The translations under genes were made by a program, and so were the position numbers. 64,000 nucleotides of DNA, taken from assembly GCA_027067855.1 (NCBI GenBank), contig JAMOUX010000026.1, positions 16,473 through 80,472 of the forward strand, in the 5' to 3' direction. This DNA is from Candidatus Fermentibacteraceae bacterium (GTDB taxonomy: Bacteria; Fermentibacterota; Fermentibacteria; Fermentibacterales; JCC-6). The notes below the pieces were generated by a model. It was given only the letters and a program-made list of their open reading frames with translations. It was not told where the DNA came from and did no database searches. This document shows positions 39,908 to 49,577 of this stretch, piece after piece. Position 1 is the first letter of the stretch, and every line of letters starts with the position of its first letter.

Positions 39908-41161
39908 ATGAGCACCTTGAAACCCGACATGATCTGCGCACCGGCTACACCGGAGGGAAGTTCCGCCCTGGCCGTGATAAGACTAAGCGGCGAAGGAACT
40001 TCCGCTGTCGTGGAATCTATGATGAGCCTGGATAGCGGACGGCTGAGGGGCATGAAGAGAAAAGTAGGTTTCCTCCGCGACGATAAGGGAATAATAGACC
40101 GGGTCGTGGCTGTCGGGTGGCCGTCGGGACGAAGTTACACCGGCGAGGAAATGGTGGAGATAATTTCTCACGGTATTCCCCGCGTAACCAGGCGTATCCT
40201 GGAGGCCCTGGAGGCCAGGGGGGTCAGGAGGGCGGTTCCCGGCGAATTCACCAGGAGAGCGTACGCAACCGGCAGAATGGGAGCGCTCCAGGTGTTGAAC
40301 CTGGCATCCCTTTGGACGGACGTAGGCCGGGATGCCATGGTCGGAGGAGCGGTGGAAAAGCGGATCGAGGCCGTTTTGGAGAAGATGGGAAGAACCAGGG
40401 AGGCCCTCGAAGGCGACATAGAGTTCAGTGAAGAACACCTGGACGGCGAGGAACGGGCCGGGGAACGACTCGAGTGGCTGGTGACCGAGTTGGAAGAATT
40501 CAGGGAGGACGCGGCGGTATTCGATTCCGGCGGCAGGGTTTTGTTGATGGGACCCGTGAACTCGGGCAAATCGACCCTGTTCAACCTACTGACCGGCGGG
40601 GATACCGCCTTGGTGTCTGATGAACCCGGAACAACCAGGGACGGGGCCTCGTACAGGATCGAAATCGATGGAAGATTCGTGGAACTGGTGGATACCGCCG
40701 GTTTCGGAGGGACGGGGCTGGACGAAGTAGCATACAAGAGAGTGGTGAAATCGCTGGGAGTTTGGGATAAAGTGGTGTGGATGACCGTGGAGGGACTGCG
40801 CCCCACTGCGGAAATCGCGGATAAGGTGGCTGAAGTTGTGGTGGTGTTGTCCAAATCCGACGAGGTGAAACACGAACCTCTCGGGGACGAAATTGAACTG
40901 TCAAGTTTCACGGGGGAGGGAATAAAAGAACTAAAGAAGAGGATTTCTCCCGTCCCGGGAAGCCTGTCGGTTACGGTTGCCGCCGAAAGGGTCCTCGGTA
41001 AGGTGAAGGATTCGCTCCGGCGGTACCGGGAGGGTGACCTGGGACTTTCGGCATTCCTGCTCGGAGAGGCGGAGAGGGAACTGGCGGATATGCTGGGAAA
41101 GGGACATTGCATGGCGTCCAGCATCGAGAAAGCCCTTTCAACCCTGTGCGTGGGAAAGTGA
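39908..41161 (+). CDS. mnmE: tRNA modification GTPase MnmE (divergent)
   Basis: CAPATP, SYTGEEMVEI.SHG, GEFTRRA, GPVNSGKS, GTTRD, DTAG, C-terminal LCVGK. Confidence 0.9.
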   Translation: MSTLKPDMICAPATPEGSSALAVIRLSGEGTSAVVESMMSLDSGRLRGMKRKVGFLRDDKGIIDRVVAVGWPSGRSYTGEEMVEIISHGIPRVTRRILEALEARGVRRAVPGEFTRRAYATGRMGALQVLNLASLWTDVGRDAMVGGAVEKRIEAVLEKMGRTREALEGDIEFSEEHLDGEERAGERLEWLVTELEEFREDAAVFDSGGRVLLMGPVNSGKSTLFNLLTGGDTALVSDEPGTTRDGASYRIEIDGRFVELVDTAGFGGTGLDEVAYKRVVKSLGVWDKVVWMTVEGLRPTAEIADKVAEVVVVLSKSDEVKHEPLGDEIELSSFTGEGIKELKKRISPVPGSLSVTVAAERVLGKVKDSLRRYREGDLGLSAFLLGEAERELADMLGKGHCMASSIEKALSTLCVGK

Positions 41162-41162
41162 C

Positions 41163-42980
41163 ATGGATTTCGACGTGATAGTGGTGGGAGGTGGCCACGC
41201 GGGGATAGAAGCGGCCCTGGCGTCCACAAGGATGGGATGCAGGACCATCCTGGTGACGCTGAACCGCCGCAGGATAGGAGAGATGTCCTGTAACCCGGCT
41301 ATAGGGGGAATCGCAAAGGGAACCATCGTGAGGGAAGTGGATGCTCTCGACGGTTCGATGGCACGGGCGACGGATGCGACGAGGCTCCAGTTCAAGATGC
41401 TGAATCTCGGTAAGGGACCGGCGGTCTGGGGTCCCAGGGCCCAGTCGGATGCGTCGATGTATGCGGCGGCGCAGAAAAGGACCTTGGAACAAGGAGGGGT
41501 CATCGTGCTGGAAGACGAGGTTGTAGCTCTGGCGGGCAACACCCGGAAGGCGAGGGGCGTAGTTTGCAGGAAAAGCGGGACGATAACCGCGAAAGCGGTG
41601 ATACTGGCCATGGGAACATTTCTCGGCGGAAGACTCTTCCGGGGTGATGAGACATGGAGGGGGGGCAGGATAGGAGACCTGGCGGCGGATGACCTGGAGA
41701 AGGATCTTAGAAAAAGGATGTTCCACGTGGAACGGTTCAAAACCGGTACTCCCGCGAGAATACTGAGAAGAAGCGTAGACCTGTCGGTACTCGAAAAGGA
41801 GGACCCTCCTCCTTCCGATTATCGCTTCAGCTACGATTCCTCCGGAAAGATCGCGAGCATGCGGGAGCCGTGCTACGTGGTTCATTCGAACACGAAAACC
41901 GTGGAAGCGGTGAAGAAATTTATCCATGCGTCACCGTTGCTGCGGGGAAGAATAGGGGGGAAAGGACCGAGGTACTGTCCGAGTTTCGAGGACAAGGTGG
42001 TGAAATTTCCCGACAGGCTGGAGCACAGAATATACGTGGAACCGATGGGTTACCGGTCCAGGTTCCTTTACATGAACGGACTCTCCACCAGCCTGCCCCG
42101 CGAGGCTCAGGAATTGATGGTGGAAAGCCTTCCGGGATTCGGAAAGGCCGTAATAGCCAGGTACGGATACGCGGTCGAGTATTCGTATCTCCATCATGGC
42201 GAAATTACCAGGTCCCTCAGGTTGCGCCGCACGGAGAATGTTTTCGTAGCCGGCCAGATCTGCGGAACATCGGGTTATGAAGAAGCTGCGGGAATGGGAG
42301 TCCTGGCCGGCGTCAACGCTGCGCGGACGGTATTCGGCACGGAAGGGTTCGTGTTATCCAGGACAAAGTCCTACATAGGGGTGATGGTAGACGATATTGT
42401 TTCGAAGGGATTGGAAGAACCGTACAGGATGTTTTCATCCAGGGCCGAAAACAGGCTTCACATACGGCAGGACAATGCCGACAGGAGACTTTTTCCCGAA
42501 GCCCTGGAAATGGGAGTCCTGGGCGGACGAAAGAAAAGGTTGCTGGAGGACAGGATTAACGCCGCCCGTCGGGTGAGGGCAATATTCAAGGAAAAATCCC
42601 TGGAAGGAATTAAAATAAATTTGCTCTGCAGGAGAGGCAGCGTAACCCCTAAAAGACTCGTTGACTCGATACCCGATCTGGAAGGAATTGATGAAGAAAT
42701 AGTCTTCTCGGTTATGTTGGACGAGAAATACAGCGGTTACATAGAGAGGAACGAAAGGAGACATGCTTCGCTGGAGAGCCTCCGCGGGGTGAGCCTCGAA
42801 GGAATAGATTCTTTCATGGGAATAGGGGAGATCTGCTGGGAAGCCAGGGAAGTATTGCAGAGGGAAAAACCTCCCGATCTGGCCACGGCCGCGAGGTTGC
42901 CGGGAATAAGGCCCACCGATGTAGAGGGGCTTCTGGTTCACCTTGCGAGGAAACGTTCCACGTGGAACGGGAAAAAGTGA
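41163..42980 (+). CDS. mnmG: tRNA uridine-5-carboxymethylaminomethyl modification enzyme MnmG (GidA)
   Basis: GGGHAGIEAA, MSCNPAIGG, GPRYCPS.EDK, AGQICGTSGYEEAA, EPYRMFSSRAE. Confidence 0.97.
   Translation: MDFDVIVVGGGHAGIEAALASTRMGCRTILVTLNRRRIGEMSCNPAIGGIAKGTIVREVDALDGSMARATDATRLQFKMLNLGKGPAVWGPRAQSDASMYAAAQKRTLEQGGVIVLEDEVVALAGNTRKARGVVCRKSGTITAKAVILAMGTFLGGRLFRGDETWRGGRIGDLAADDLEKDLRKRMFHVERFKTGTPARILRRSVDLSVLEKEDPPPSDYRFSYDSSGKIASMREPCYVVHSNTKTVEAVKKFIHASPLLRGRIGGKGPRYCPSFEDKVVKFPDRLEHRIYVEPMGYRSRFLYMNGLSTSLPREAQELMVESLPGFGKAVIARYGYAVEYSYLHHGEITRSLRLRRTENVFVAGQICGTSGYEEAAGMGVLAGVNAARTVFGTEGFVLSRTKSYIGVMVDDIVSKGLEEPYRMFSSRAENRLHIRQDNADRRLFPEALEMGVLGGRKKRLLEDRINAARRVRAIFKEKSLEGIKINLLCRRGSVTPKRLVDSIPDLEGIDEEIVFSVMLDEKYSGYIERNERRHASLESLRGVSLEGIDSFMGIGEICWEAREVLQREKPPDLATAARLPGIRPTDVEGLLVHLARKRSTWNGKK
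41719..41734. promoter_or_regulatory. parS site
   Basis: TGTTCCACGTGGAACG; matches the TGTTNCACGTGNAACA consensus at 15 of 16 positions; parAB nearby. Confidence 0.88.
42954..42969. promoter_or_regulatory. parS site
   Basis: Perfect 16-bp palindrome CGTTCCACGTGGAACG. Confidence 0.88.
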
Positions 42981-42984
42981 ATTC

Positions 42985-43611
42985 GTGACGAATGAACAGG
43001 TGAAAATTCCTCCGAATGAAGAATTGGCGGCGGATCTGCGCAGGGTGGGACTGTCTCCATCCGATGCCGCCATCGGGAAGTTCAGGGATTTGGCTTTGCT
43101 CCTCCGGAAGCGGGCCGGAATCATGAACCTCGTGGGACCGGGGGAGTGGAAGAGGTTATGGGAAAGGCACATGTTGGAATCCGCGTGCTATTCGCTGCTC
43201 ATGGAGAAAAACTTTTCCGCCGTGGACGTGGGTAGCGGGAACGGATTTCCCGGCCTGGTATTGGCCATCTTGGGATTCGATATGATACTCATGGAGCCCT
43301 GCAGAAAGAAATACCTGTTTCTGCGTCATGCGGCGGAGAAGTTGGAGTTGACCTGCAAGGTGATACGGTGCAGACTGGAAGATTTTGAACCGGAAGAGGA
43401 TGCATACCAGTTCACGGCAAGAGCCGTTGCTCCGGCGGCGCGGTTACTTGGGATCATAGGACAAAAATGTCCGAAAGAGTCCACTTTGCTGGTCAGGGAA
43501 CCCGGGATTCCCGAAGAGGAAAAATATTCGACAATATTGAGATTACCGGTCCCACCGCTTGACCGGAAGGGTTTTCTGGTGCAGTATCGTGTCTGCCGAT
43601 CCCGGGTGTAG
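42985..43611 (+). CDS. rsmG: 16S rRNA m7G527 methyltransferase RsmG (GidB)
   Basis: MNLVG, WERHMLES, DVGSGNGFPG, TARAVA; start uncertain. Confidence 0.9.
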   Translation: MTNEQVKIPPNEELAADLRRVGLSPSDAAIGKFRDLALLLRKRAGIMNLVGPGEWKRLWERHMLESACYSLLMEKNFSAVDVGSGNGFPGLVLAILGFDMILMEPCRKKYLFLRHAAEKLELTCKVIRCRLEDFEPEEDAYQFTARAVAPAARLLGIIGQKCPKESTLLVREPGIPEEEKYSTILRLPVPPLDRKGFLVQYRVCRSRV

Positions 43612-43650
43612 TCAATTAGAGAAGAAATCGACGGTTTCCGGAAGGTTCCG

Positions 43651-44412
43651 ATGACTTCGACGAGAATCATAGCCATAGCCAACCAGAAAGGCGGGGTGGG
43701 GAAGACCACTACCGCCATAAATCTTGGGACAAGCCTTGCCATGAACAACAAGGAAGTTCTCCTCGTGGATTTCGATCCCCAGGTCAACGCGACCACGGGT
43801 ATGGGATTGCGTCCCGATGAGGGACCGGCGATAGATGATCTTCTTCTTGGAAGGGAAACGGCGGGAACCGTGGTTGAAGAAACCATGGTGGAGGGACTCC
43901 ACGTGGTTCCCGGCTCCAGGGCGCTCTCCGGGCTCGAGATAGAACTGGCCACTGTGGAAAATCGGGAATTTCTTCTGAAGGAATCCCTGGAAAGTTTCCG
44001 GGGATATTACGATTTCGTGTTGATAGACTGCCCGCCTTCACTGGGTCTTCTCACTATAAACGCCCTGGTGGCGGCCGGGGAGGTACTGGTGACGCTTCAG
44101 AGTGAGTATTACGCCCTGGAGGGCCTGTCTCACCTCATGGAAACGATAAGGAATGTGAGGCGTCTATGGAACCCGGAACTGGATATAACCGGAGTTCTGC
44201 TTACCATGGTGGACAGCAGGCTGAACCTGAGCAGAGAAGTCAAGAAAGAAGTAGGGCATTTCCTTGGGGACAGGATGTTCAAAACTTTCATACCGAGGAA
44301 CGTAAAACTCAGCGAAGCGCCCAGTTTCGGCGTACCGGCTTTACTGCACGATGCAAGATCCAAGGGGGCATTGAGTTATCTCGATCTGGCCAGGGAGGTG
44401 ATATCCAGATGA
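43651..44412 (+). CDS. parA: Chromosome partitioning ATPase ParA/Soj
   Basis: NQKGGVGKTTTAINL, DFDPQ.N, DCPPSLG, EYYALEG, IPRNVKLSEAPSFG. Confidence 0.97.
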   Translation: MTSTRIIAIANQKGGVGKTTTAINLGTSLAMNNKEVLLVDFDPQVNATTGMGLRPDEGPAIDDLLLGRETAGTVVEETMVEGLHVVPGSRALSGLEIELATVENREFLLKESLESFRGYYDFVLIDCPPSLGLLTINALVAAGEVLVTLQSEYYALEGLSHLMETIRNVRRLWNPELDITGVLLTMVDSRLNLSREVKKEVGHFLGDRMFKTFIPRNVKLSEAPSFGVPALLHDARSKGALSYLDLAREVISR

Positions 44413-45281
44413 CGGCCGCAAGGAGAAAGGCTCTCGGCAAAGGGATGGATGCGATATTTCCCGGTGCTTCCCTGGAAGAGGGCAAAAATGTAAGAGAGGT
44501 TCCCGTGGAAGACGTGGAACCCAATCCCTACCAGCCTCGTAAAGATTGGGACGAGGGGGAACTGGCGTCCCTCGCGGCGTCCATCAGGCGATACGGTATA
44601 CTCCAGCCCCTCGTTGTCAGGAAGAAGGACGGCAAGTACCAACTGATCGCCGGTGAGCGGAGACTGAGGGCTTCGAAAAAGGCCGGTCTCAAAAGGGTGC
44701 CGGTCCTTGTGAAAGAGGCCGATGACCGGCAGATGCTGGCCCTCGCACTGGTGGAAAACGTACAGAGAAAAGACCTGGATCCGGTGGAAAAAGCTATGGC
44801 TTTCAGACAGTTGGCCGAAGAGTTTCAGCTTACCCAGGAAGAGATGGCCGCGATGCTGAACATGGGCAGGCCCACCATCGCCAATTTCATCCGGCTCTTG
44901 GATCTTCCGGAAAAGGTCCTTGCCCTTCTTCGATCGGGGGAGCTGTCCATGGGACACGGAAGAGCGTTGCTCTCCTTGGAGGACAGGGTGATGATGGAGA
45001 GAATGGCGGTTCAGACTGCGAAAAGACGACTGTCCGTACGGGAGCTGGAGGCGATGGTACGTGCGGCCGTGGAAGGAAGAAAAAACCGTCGAAACAGGCG
45101 TGACGCCGCGGTTTCCCCGGAGGTCGGGACATTGCAGGAAGAACTGCAAAGGATTCTGAAGACGAAGGTTAGAATAAAGGGAAAGGGGAGTTCGGGCAGG
45201 ATAGAAATAACCTACCACGATCTGGACGAACTCGACAGGATACTGGAATTGATGAGAGCCGCCGGGAACAAAACCGGTTGA
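44409..45281 (+). CDS. parB: Chromosome partitioning protein ParB/Spo0J
   Basis: ALGKG, NPYQPR, GILQP, AGERRLRA, ENVQRKDL, HTH. Confidence 0.97.
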   Translation: MTAARRKALGKGMDAIFPGASLEEGKNVREVPVEDVEPNPYQPRKDWDEGELASLAASIRRYGILQPLVVRKKDGKYQLIAGERRLRASKKAGLKRVPVLVKEADDRQMLALALVENVQRKDLDPVEKAMAFRQLAEEFQLTQEEMAAMLNMGRPTIANFIRLLDLPEKVLALLRSGELSMGHGRALLSLEDRVMMERMAVQTAKRRLSVRELEAMVRAAVEGRKNRRNRRDAAVSPEVGTLQEELQRILKTKVRIKGKGSSGRIEITYHDLDELDRILELMRAAGNKTG

Positions 45282-45306
45282 CCGGTGTTGTAAGCATGGA
45301 TATAGT
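45278..45306 (+). promoter_or_regulatory. Putative sigma70 promoter of the ferredoxin
   Basis: TTGACC-17 nt-TATAGT overlapping the parB stop. Confidence 0.6.
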
Positions 45307-45364
45307 TCCGGCCAAGTAACGGGTGTACCGACGGGTGACCCGGGGATGAAAAGGAAGGAGTACC

Positions 45365-45532
45365 ATGGCCCATAAGATCAACGATAACTGTATAGCCTGC
45401 GGAGCCTGCCAGCCAGAATGTCCCGTTGATGCCATACATGAGGGAGAGAAGTACACTATCGATCCCGATACCTGCATCGATTGCGGCGCATGTGTTTCCG
45501 CATGTCCGGTGGGAGCCATAGAAGGTCCCTGA
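45365..45532 (+). CDS. 2[4Fe-4S] clostridial-type ferredoxin
   Basis: Manual translation MAHKINDNCIACGACQPECPVDAIHEGEKYTIDPDTCIDCGACVSACPVGAIEGP; SD AAGGAG; not in the ORF track. Confidence 0.96.
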   Translation: MAHKINDNCIACGACQPECPVDAIHEGEKYTIDPDTCIDCGACVSACPVGAIEGP

Positions 45533-45554
45533 ACCACAAACCGGAGATTAAAGT

Positions 45555-45583
45555 AGCCGCGCGGTGAAACGCGCGGCTTTTTT
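45555..45583 (+). terminator. Rho-independent terminator
   Basis: AGCCGCGCG-GTGAAA-CGCGCGGCT followed by a T run. Confidence 0.85.
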
Positions 45584-48396
45584 CATAGCGAGAATTTCTC
45601 CAGGGAAAGTGGATCCACCGCTTCCGCCACTTCCCTTAGGGTAACGCCCCTGTATAACTTAAGGATTTTTTCGATCTTGCTGATGGTGTTCTTTCCGGAA
45701 TTGTGGTGTTGTCTGATCTTCTGAAACATGCTCATGTCACCGGAGATGTTCACCGAATCTATTTCCCAGGGATGAAAATACAGGACGGGAATCTTGCCGG
45801 TTCGTGAGAAGAGTCGGAGCATGATCCTGTGGATGTAACCCGGGTAGAATCTCAGGTAAGCCCCTCCGGCTATGGGAACCTTCAGGCCTGCAATGATTAT
45901 CGATGCCAGGGGAAGTTCAAGGATTTCCGTTTCACCGGCATTCAGGATGAAAGGATCCTGCGGAGCCTCGGGAATTCCGTACCGGGTTTTGAACATGGGA
46001 TAGATACTGCTGTCGTACCGGAATCCCTTGGACTTGAGCGTCTCCACCGCCCAAACGGTGTCTTTTTTCATGGAAAAACTCGGAGCCCTGAAGCCCACCG
46101 GCCTGGGAACGGAAAGGCCGTCGACGATGGAAAGGAACCTGTTCAGGTTATTCTCGAACTCCTTCTTCTTAAGTAAAGTCAGTTCCAGGTGATCGTAACC
46201 GTGGTATCCCACCTCGTGACCCTTTTCCGCCACCATTTCCAGGAGATCGGGATGTCTTTCGGCGATCCATCCCAGGAAAAAGAAGGTGGCTTTGGCATTG
46301 TGCCGCTCCAGTATGTCTGTTATGGTTTTCACAATATCCGAGACCCTGCCGGGAATGTTATTCCAGGTTTCGCAGGGATACCATTTCCTGGCGGCGTACG
46401 TCTGGAACCATTCTTCCACGTCGAATGAGATCGCTATGGCGGGACGGGGAGATTTCTTCCCGAGAATGGATCCGCCCTTCTCCCTGAATCCTGCAACGTC
46501 CACCCTGGATGGGAAAGTATTTTTCGTGGCGAGATGCGCCGGGTTCGGGAGCAGGTCATACCCGCCGTCGGATATTTTATCCAGACCTTCCACGACCACG
46601 TCTGCCGCCGTTTTCTTGGACAGGGCCAGAAGTTGTTGAAGAGAAACATCTTCAATGGTTACGTCAATCTTTTTTCGGACCAGGATTCCTCCGGCGTCCA
46701 GTTGAGGAGTCATCTTATGCATGGTAACCCCGGGGGTATCTCCACGGTAGAGCGCCCAGAAAGTCGGCAGCATGCCCCTGTTTTTGGGCAGAAGAGCCGA
46801 GTGAACGTTCCAGGCTCCCTTGGAAGGTATCTCCAGGGTTTTCTTCCTGAGAATCTGCGGACAGGCGATGGAAATGAAGACATCCGGTTGCAGGGAAGCA
46901 AGAAGTTTCCTGGATGATTTGCTATTTATATTATCTATTGACAAGTACCTCGCACGTGTTCTCCTGGCTGTCTGCTTCAGGGAATGAGATGTCTTCGTAG
47001 GGAGCCTCAGCAGTCCCGAAATTTTGAAGACCGCGTACTTCGCCAACTGCACGAAGAAACCGGGAAAACCGTAAAGCCCGGCGTAACGTCGCACGTTCTT
47101 CAGGGCGTTCTTCATGGAACCGTGTCCCCTCAGGGAAACCAGGGTGTAATCGTTGAAAGATCTCCGCCTGATGATCCTGGCAATGGTTTCCGGTATGAGG
47201 AACGGTTCGTCGTCGCACAGGAAAACCACTTTCATGTCCGGGTTCGTTATTCTGGTATACAGCCGATACAATTCCCGCACCATGGCGGATGCGGAAAAGG
47301 GTTTTATATCCTCGTCCACGTTCCGGAGAAGTTCCGCTCCCTTCGAAGGATCGTCGAGAAGGGAGAGAACACCCTTGACGAGGGCGTCCACGTCGTTTTC
47401 CCGGCAGAGTATCCCATTTTTCTTTCCGTTCACCAGCTCGTGTATCCCCCCTACGTCCGTGGAGACCACGGGTATCCCTGCGGCCAGGGCTTCCAGCATG
47501 GCCCGGGGAAGCCCTTCGGTCCTGGAGGTTATCAGGAAGACGTCGAAGGCGGGCAACAAGCGATTCACGTCGTTCCTGCAACCCGTGAGGACAAAGGAAT
47601 CGGAAAGGTTTCTGGAATCGATCAGTTTCATGGTTTTATCAAACAGCGGCCCGTCTCCCACCATCACGAAAGATGTGTCGGGCCTTGTTTTCAGGATCGC
47701 TTCCGCTACGTCGACGAAGACATCGGGAGCCTTTTCGGAACAGAACCTCATGGTAGTGCCAACGATGGGTCCGTTTCGCTCCAGGTCCAGCAGTTTCCGG
47801 GCTTCTTCTTTTCTGCCCCTGACCTTCCTGAACTCTTCGAACTCCACCCCGCTGCGTATCAGCAAATGGTCGTTCCGGTGCCCGATACCGAACCTGAGGG
47901 CTTTCTCTATGTCGTTGTAACTCACGCAGAGGTTGTAGTGCGCGAGATTGAAGCCTATTTTTTCCAGCAGGACATAGAAGTGTTTCAGGTAAGACGGCAT
48001 GGCATCGAAAAAGGGCCAGCCATGGGCAGTCTGGATTATCTTCACTCCGGGAAATCGAGCCGCCGCGATCCTTCCCAGGAAACGGGCTTTCGAACCGTGG
48101 GTGTGAACGATGTCGTACTCGCCCTTCTTGATCACGTCAACTATTTCGAAGAAAGCGAGAATGTCGTGATAGAGAGAGATGTCACGGCGCAGGTGGGGAA
48201 TTCGGATAACTTTCAGCCCCCAGCTTTCAGCAAGCCCGAAGAGATCGCCCTCTTCCGGTCTTTCGCTGCCTGTAAGGACGTGGGACGTATAACCCATACG
48301 CGAAATGTCCCTGGCGGAAATGAGGGTATTCATCTGCGCCCCGCCCATCGCCAGCTTGGTTATGATGTGGAGTATGCGGATGTCTTTGTCAGGCAT
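45583..48396 (-). CDS. Fusion: GT4 glycosyltransferase + formyltransferase + polysaccharide deacetylase (DUF3473 type)
   Basis: GGAQ..HTHGSKA..EGLPRAMLEA (GT4); NVHSALLPKNRG..GVTMH..LDAG (formyltransferase); SFDVEEWF..GHEVGYHGYDH..FRAPSFS..YDSS..FHPWEID (deacetylase). Confidence 0.9.
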   Translation of the reverse strand: MPDKDIRILHIITKLAMGGAQMNTLISARDISRMGYTSHVLTGSERPEEGDLFGLAESWGLKVIRIPHLRRDISLYHDILAFFEIVDVIKKGEYDIVHTHGSKARFLGRIAAARFPGVKIIQTAHGWPFFDAMPSYLKHFYVLLEKIGFNLAHYNLCVSYNDIEKALRFGIGHRNDHLLIRSGVEFEEFRKVRGRKEEARKLLDLERNGPIVGTTMRFCSEKAPDVFVDVAEAILKTRPDTSFVMVGDGPLFDKTMKLIDSRNLSDSFVLTGCRNDVNRLLPAFDVFLITSRTEGLPRAMLEALAAGIPVVSTDVGGIHELVNGKKNGILCRENDVDALVKGVLSLLDDPSKGAELLRNVDEDIKPFSASAMVRELYRLYTRITNPDMKVVFLCDDEPFLIPETIARIIRRRSFNDYTLVSLRGHGSMKNALKNVRRYAGLYGFPGFFVQLAKYAVFKISGLLRLPTKTSHSLKQTARRTRARYLSIDNINSKSSRKLLASLQPDVFISIACPQILRKKTLEIPSKGAWNVHSALLPKNRGMLPTFWALYRGDTPGVTMHKMTPQLDAGGILVRKKIDVTIEDVSLQQLLALSKKTAADVVVEGLDKISDGGYDLLPNPAHLATKNTFPSRVDVAGFREKGGSILGKKSPRPAIAISFDVEEWFQTYAARKWYPCETWNNIPGRVSDIVKTITDILERHNAKATFFFLGWIAERHPDLLEMVAEKGHEVGYHGYDHLELTLLKKKEFENNLNRFLSIVDGLSVPRPVGFRAPSFSMKKDTVWAVETLKSKGFRYDSSIYPMFKTRYGIPEAPQDPFILNAGETEILELPLASIIIAGLKVPIAGGAYLRFYPGYIHRIMLRLFSRTGKIPVLYFHPWEIDSVNISGDMSMFQKIRQHHNSGKNTISKIEKILKLYRGVTLREVAEAVDPLSLEKFSL

Positions 48397-48402
48397 GGAG
48401 GA

Positions 48403-48915
48403 TCAGCGGGATTTCGAATGTCTTGGAATACATGACAGGGCGAAGACATAGAAAGCGGACAACAACAATGTCAGCCCCGAATAAAAAATGGGGCTCAGGA
48501 ACACGACCCCCACCGTCCAGAACAGTACCAGAGCGGGTGCCACCCTTCCCGCATGTGCCGACGGAGACCATCTTTTCGTAGAGGGGGCCATTCCCGGGAA
48601 TTCCCTGAAAAGGTCCTCGGCTATACTGAAAAGTATGATGGAGAGAGCAACCATAACGAGATGAGTCCAGATACCGCCCAGCAGGTGAACGTTATCGAGC
48701 AAAGCCAGCAGGGCCGTGAACGAAGGCAGGAATACGAGGCCCAGCAGCAGAAAAACGAAACCCATGAAGAGCAGGTGGTCCGGGGTTGGCTCGCCGAACC
48801 TTTTTTCAACCGTTTCCAGTAATTTTTTCAGGAGAATCCGGGACAGCCTGAAGATACCGAAAACGCAGAGAACCACGAAGCCCACCACCGCATAATCCGA
48901 TAGACGCTGCTCCAA
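48403..48915 (-). CDS. Hypothetical membrane protein
   Basis: About five hydrophobic segments; GGAGG SD; abuts the fusion gene. Confidence 0.7.
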   Translation of the reverse strand: MEQRLSDYAVVGFVVLCVFGIFRLSRILLKKLLETVEKRFGEPTPDHLLFMGFVFLLLGLVFLPSFTALLALLDNVHLLGGIWTHLVMVALSIILFSIAEDLFREFPGMAPSTKRWSPSAHAGRVAPALVLFWTVGVVFLSPIFYSGLTLLLSAFYVFALSCIPRHSKSR

Positions 48916-48988
48916 TGGATCCTCCCATCGTGGAATGGTAATCCTTGCCGGTCGGGCCTGCTAATATAACCCCGGGAATAAAACCCGC

Positions 48989-49567
48989 TCAAGAACCGAA
49001 GGATCTTGACTGGAATTTGTAGCCGAAGAACGTGAAAAGAAGCATCAGCAGGATTGCAATCGCGGGATCCGGGTCGCCTACTTCCAGAAACCGCGCCACG
49101 CTTCCGCTGAAGCCCACGTCATTGAGCATTATCATGGCGGAACCCGTGGCGACGTAAGCCCCCGCGAACGAGGTGAAAAACGCGCTGACCGGTTCCTTGA
49201 AGGAGTTCATCAGGAACCCGACGATCAGACCGATCACCACGTGAATGAATCCGTTTATTTCCGGGAGCAACCCCCGCGCCAAGAAAATCCCCAGCACCGT
49301 GCCGGCGAAAAAAATGGATATTATCCAGGTCACCAGCCCCAGGATGGCCCCCAGTACGGCGGAGAACCATATCAGCCAGTTATTCCCCTCGAGCGGTATT
49401 CCGCTGATATCGGCTATGGCGGGAGATAACCACGAAAAGCCTATCAGGAAACCGAAAACGGCTACGATAATGCCCAGTATTTTCCTGCCCAGAAAGCAGA
49501 AAAACAAGCCGGCTATGAAACTCAGCATGGGGAAAGTGAATATCTCGGCCTCCAGAATCAGGTTCAT
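48989..49567 (-). CDS. DUF4203/TMEM198-like membrane protein
   Basis: GLFFCFLG.K, TSFAGAY, Gly-rich TM helices, terminal G..FQ. Confidence 0.7.
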   Translation of the reverse strand: MNLILEAEIFTFPMLSFIAGLFFCFLGRKILGIIVAVFGFLIGFSWLSPAIADISGIPLEGNNWLIWFSAVLGAILGLVTWIISIFFAGTVLGIFLARGLLPEINGFIHVVIGLIVGFLMNSFKEPVSAFFTSFAGAYVATGSAMIMLNDVGFSGSVARFLEVGDPDPAIAILLMLLFTFFGYKFQSRSFGS

Positions 49568-49577
49568 AAGGACCCCC

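Noticed and set aside
39908..41161. mnmE as a possible pseudogene (short, SKSD in place of NKxD)
   Set aside because: The frame is intact, with G1-G3 and the terminal CxGK motif retained; it is simply divergent.
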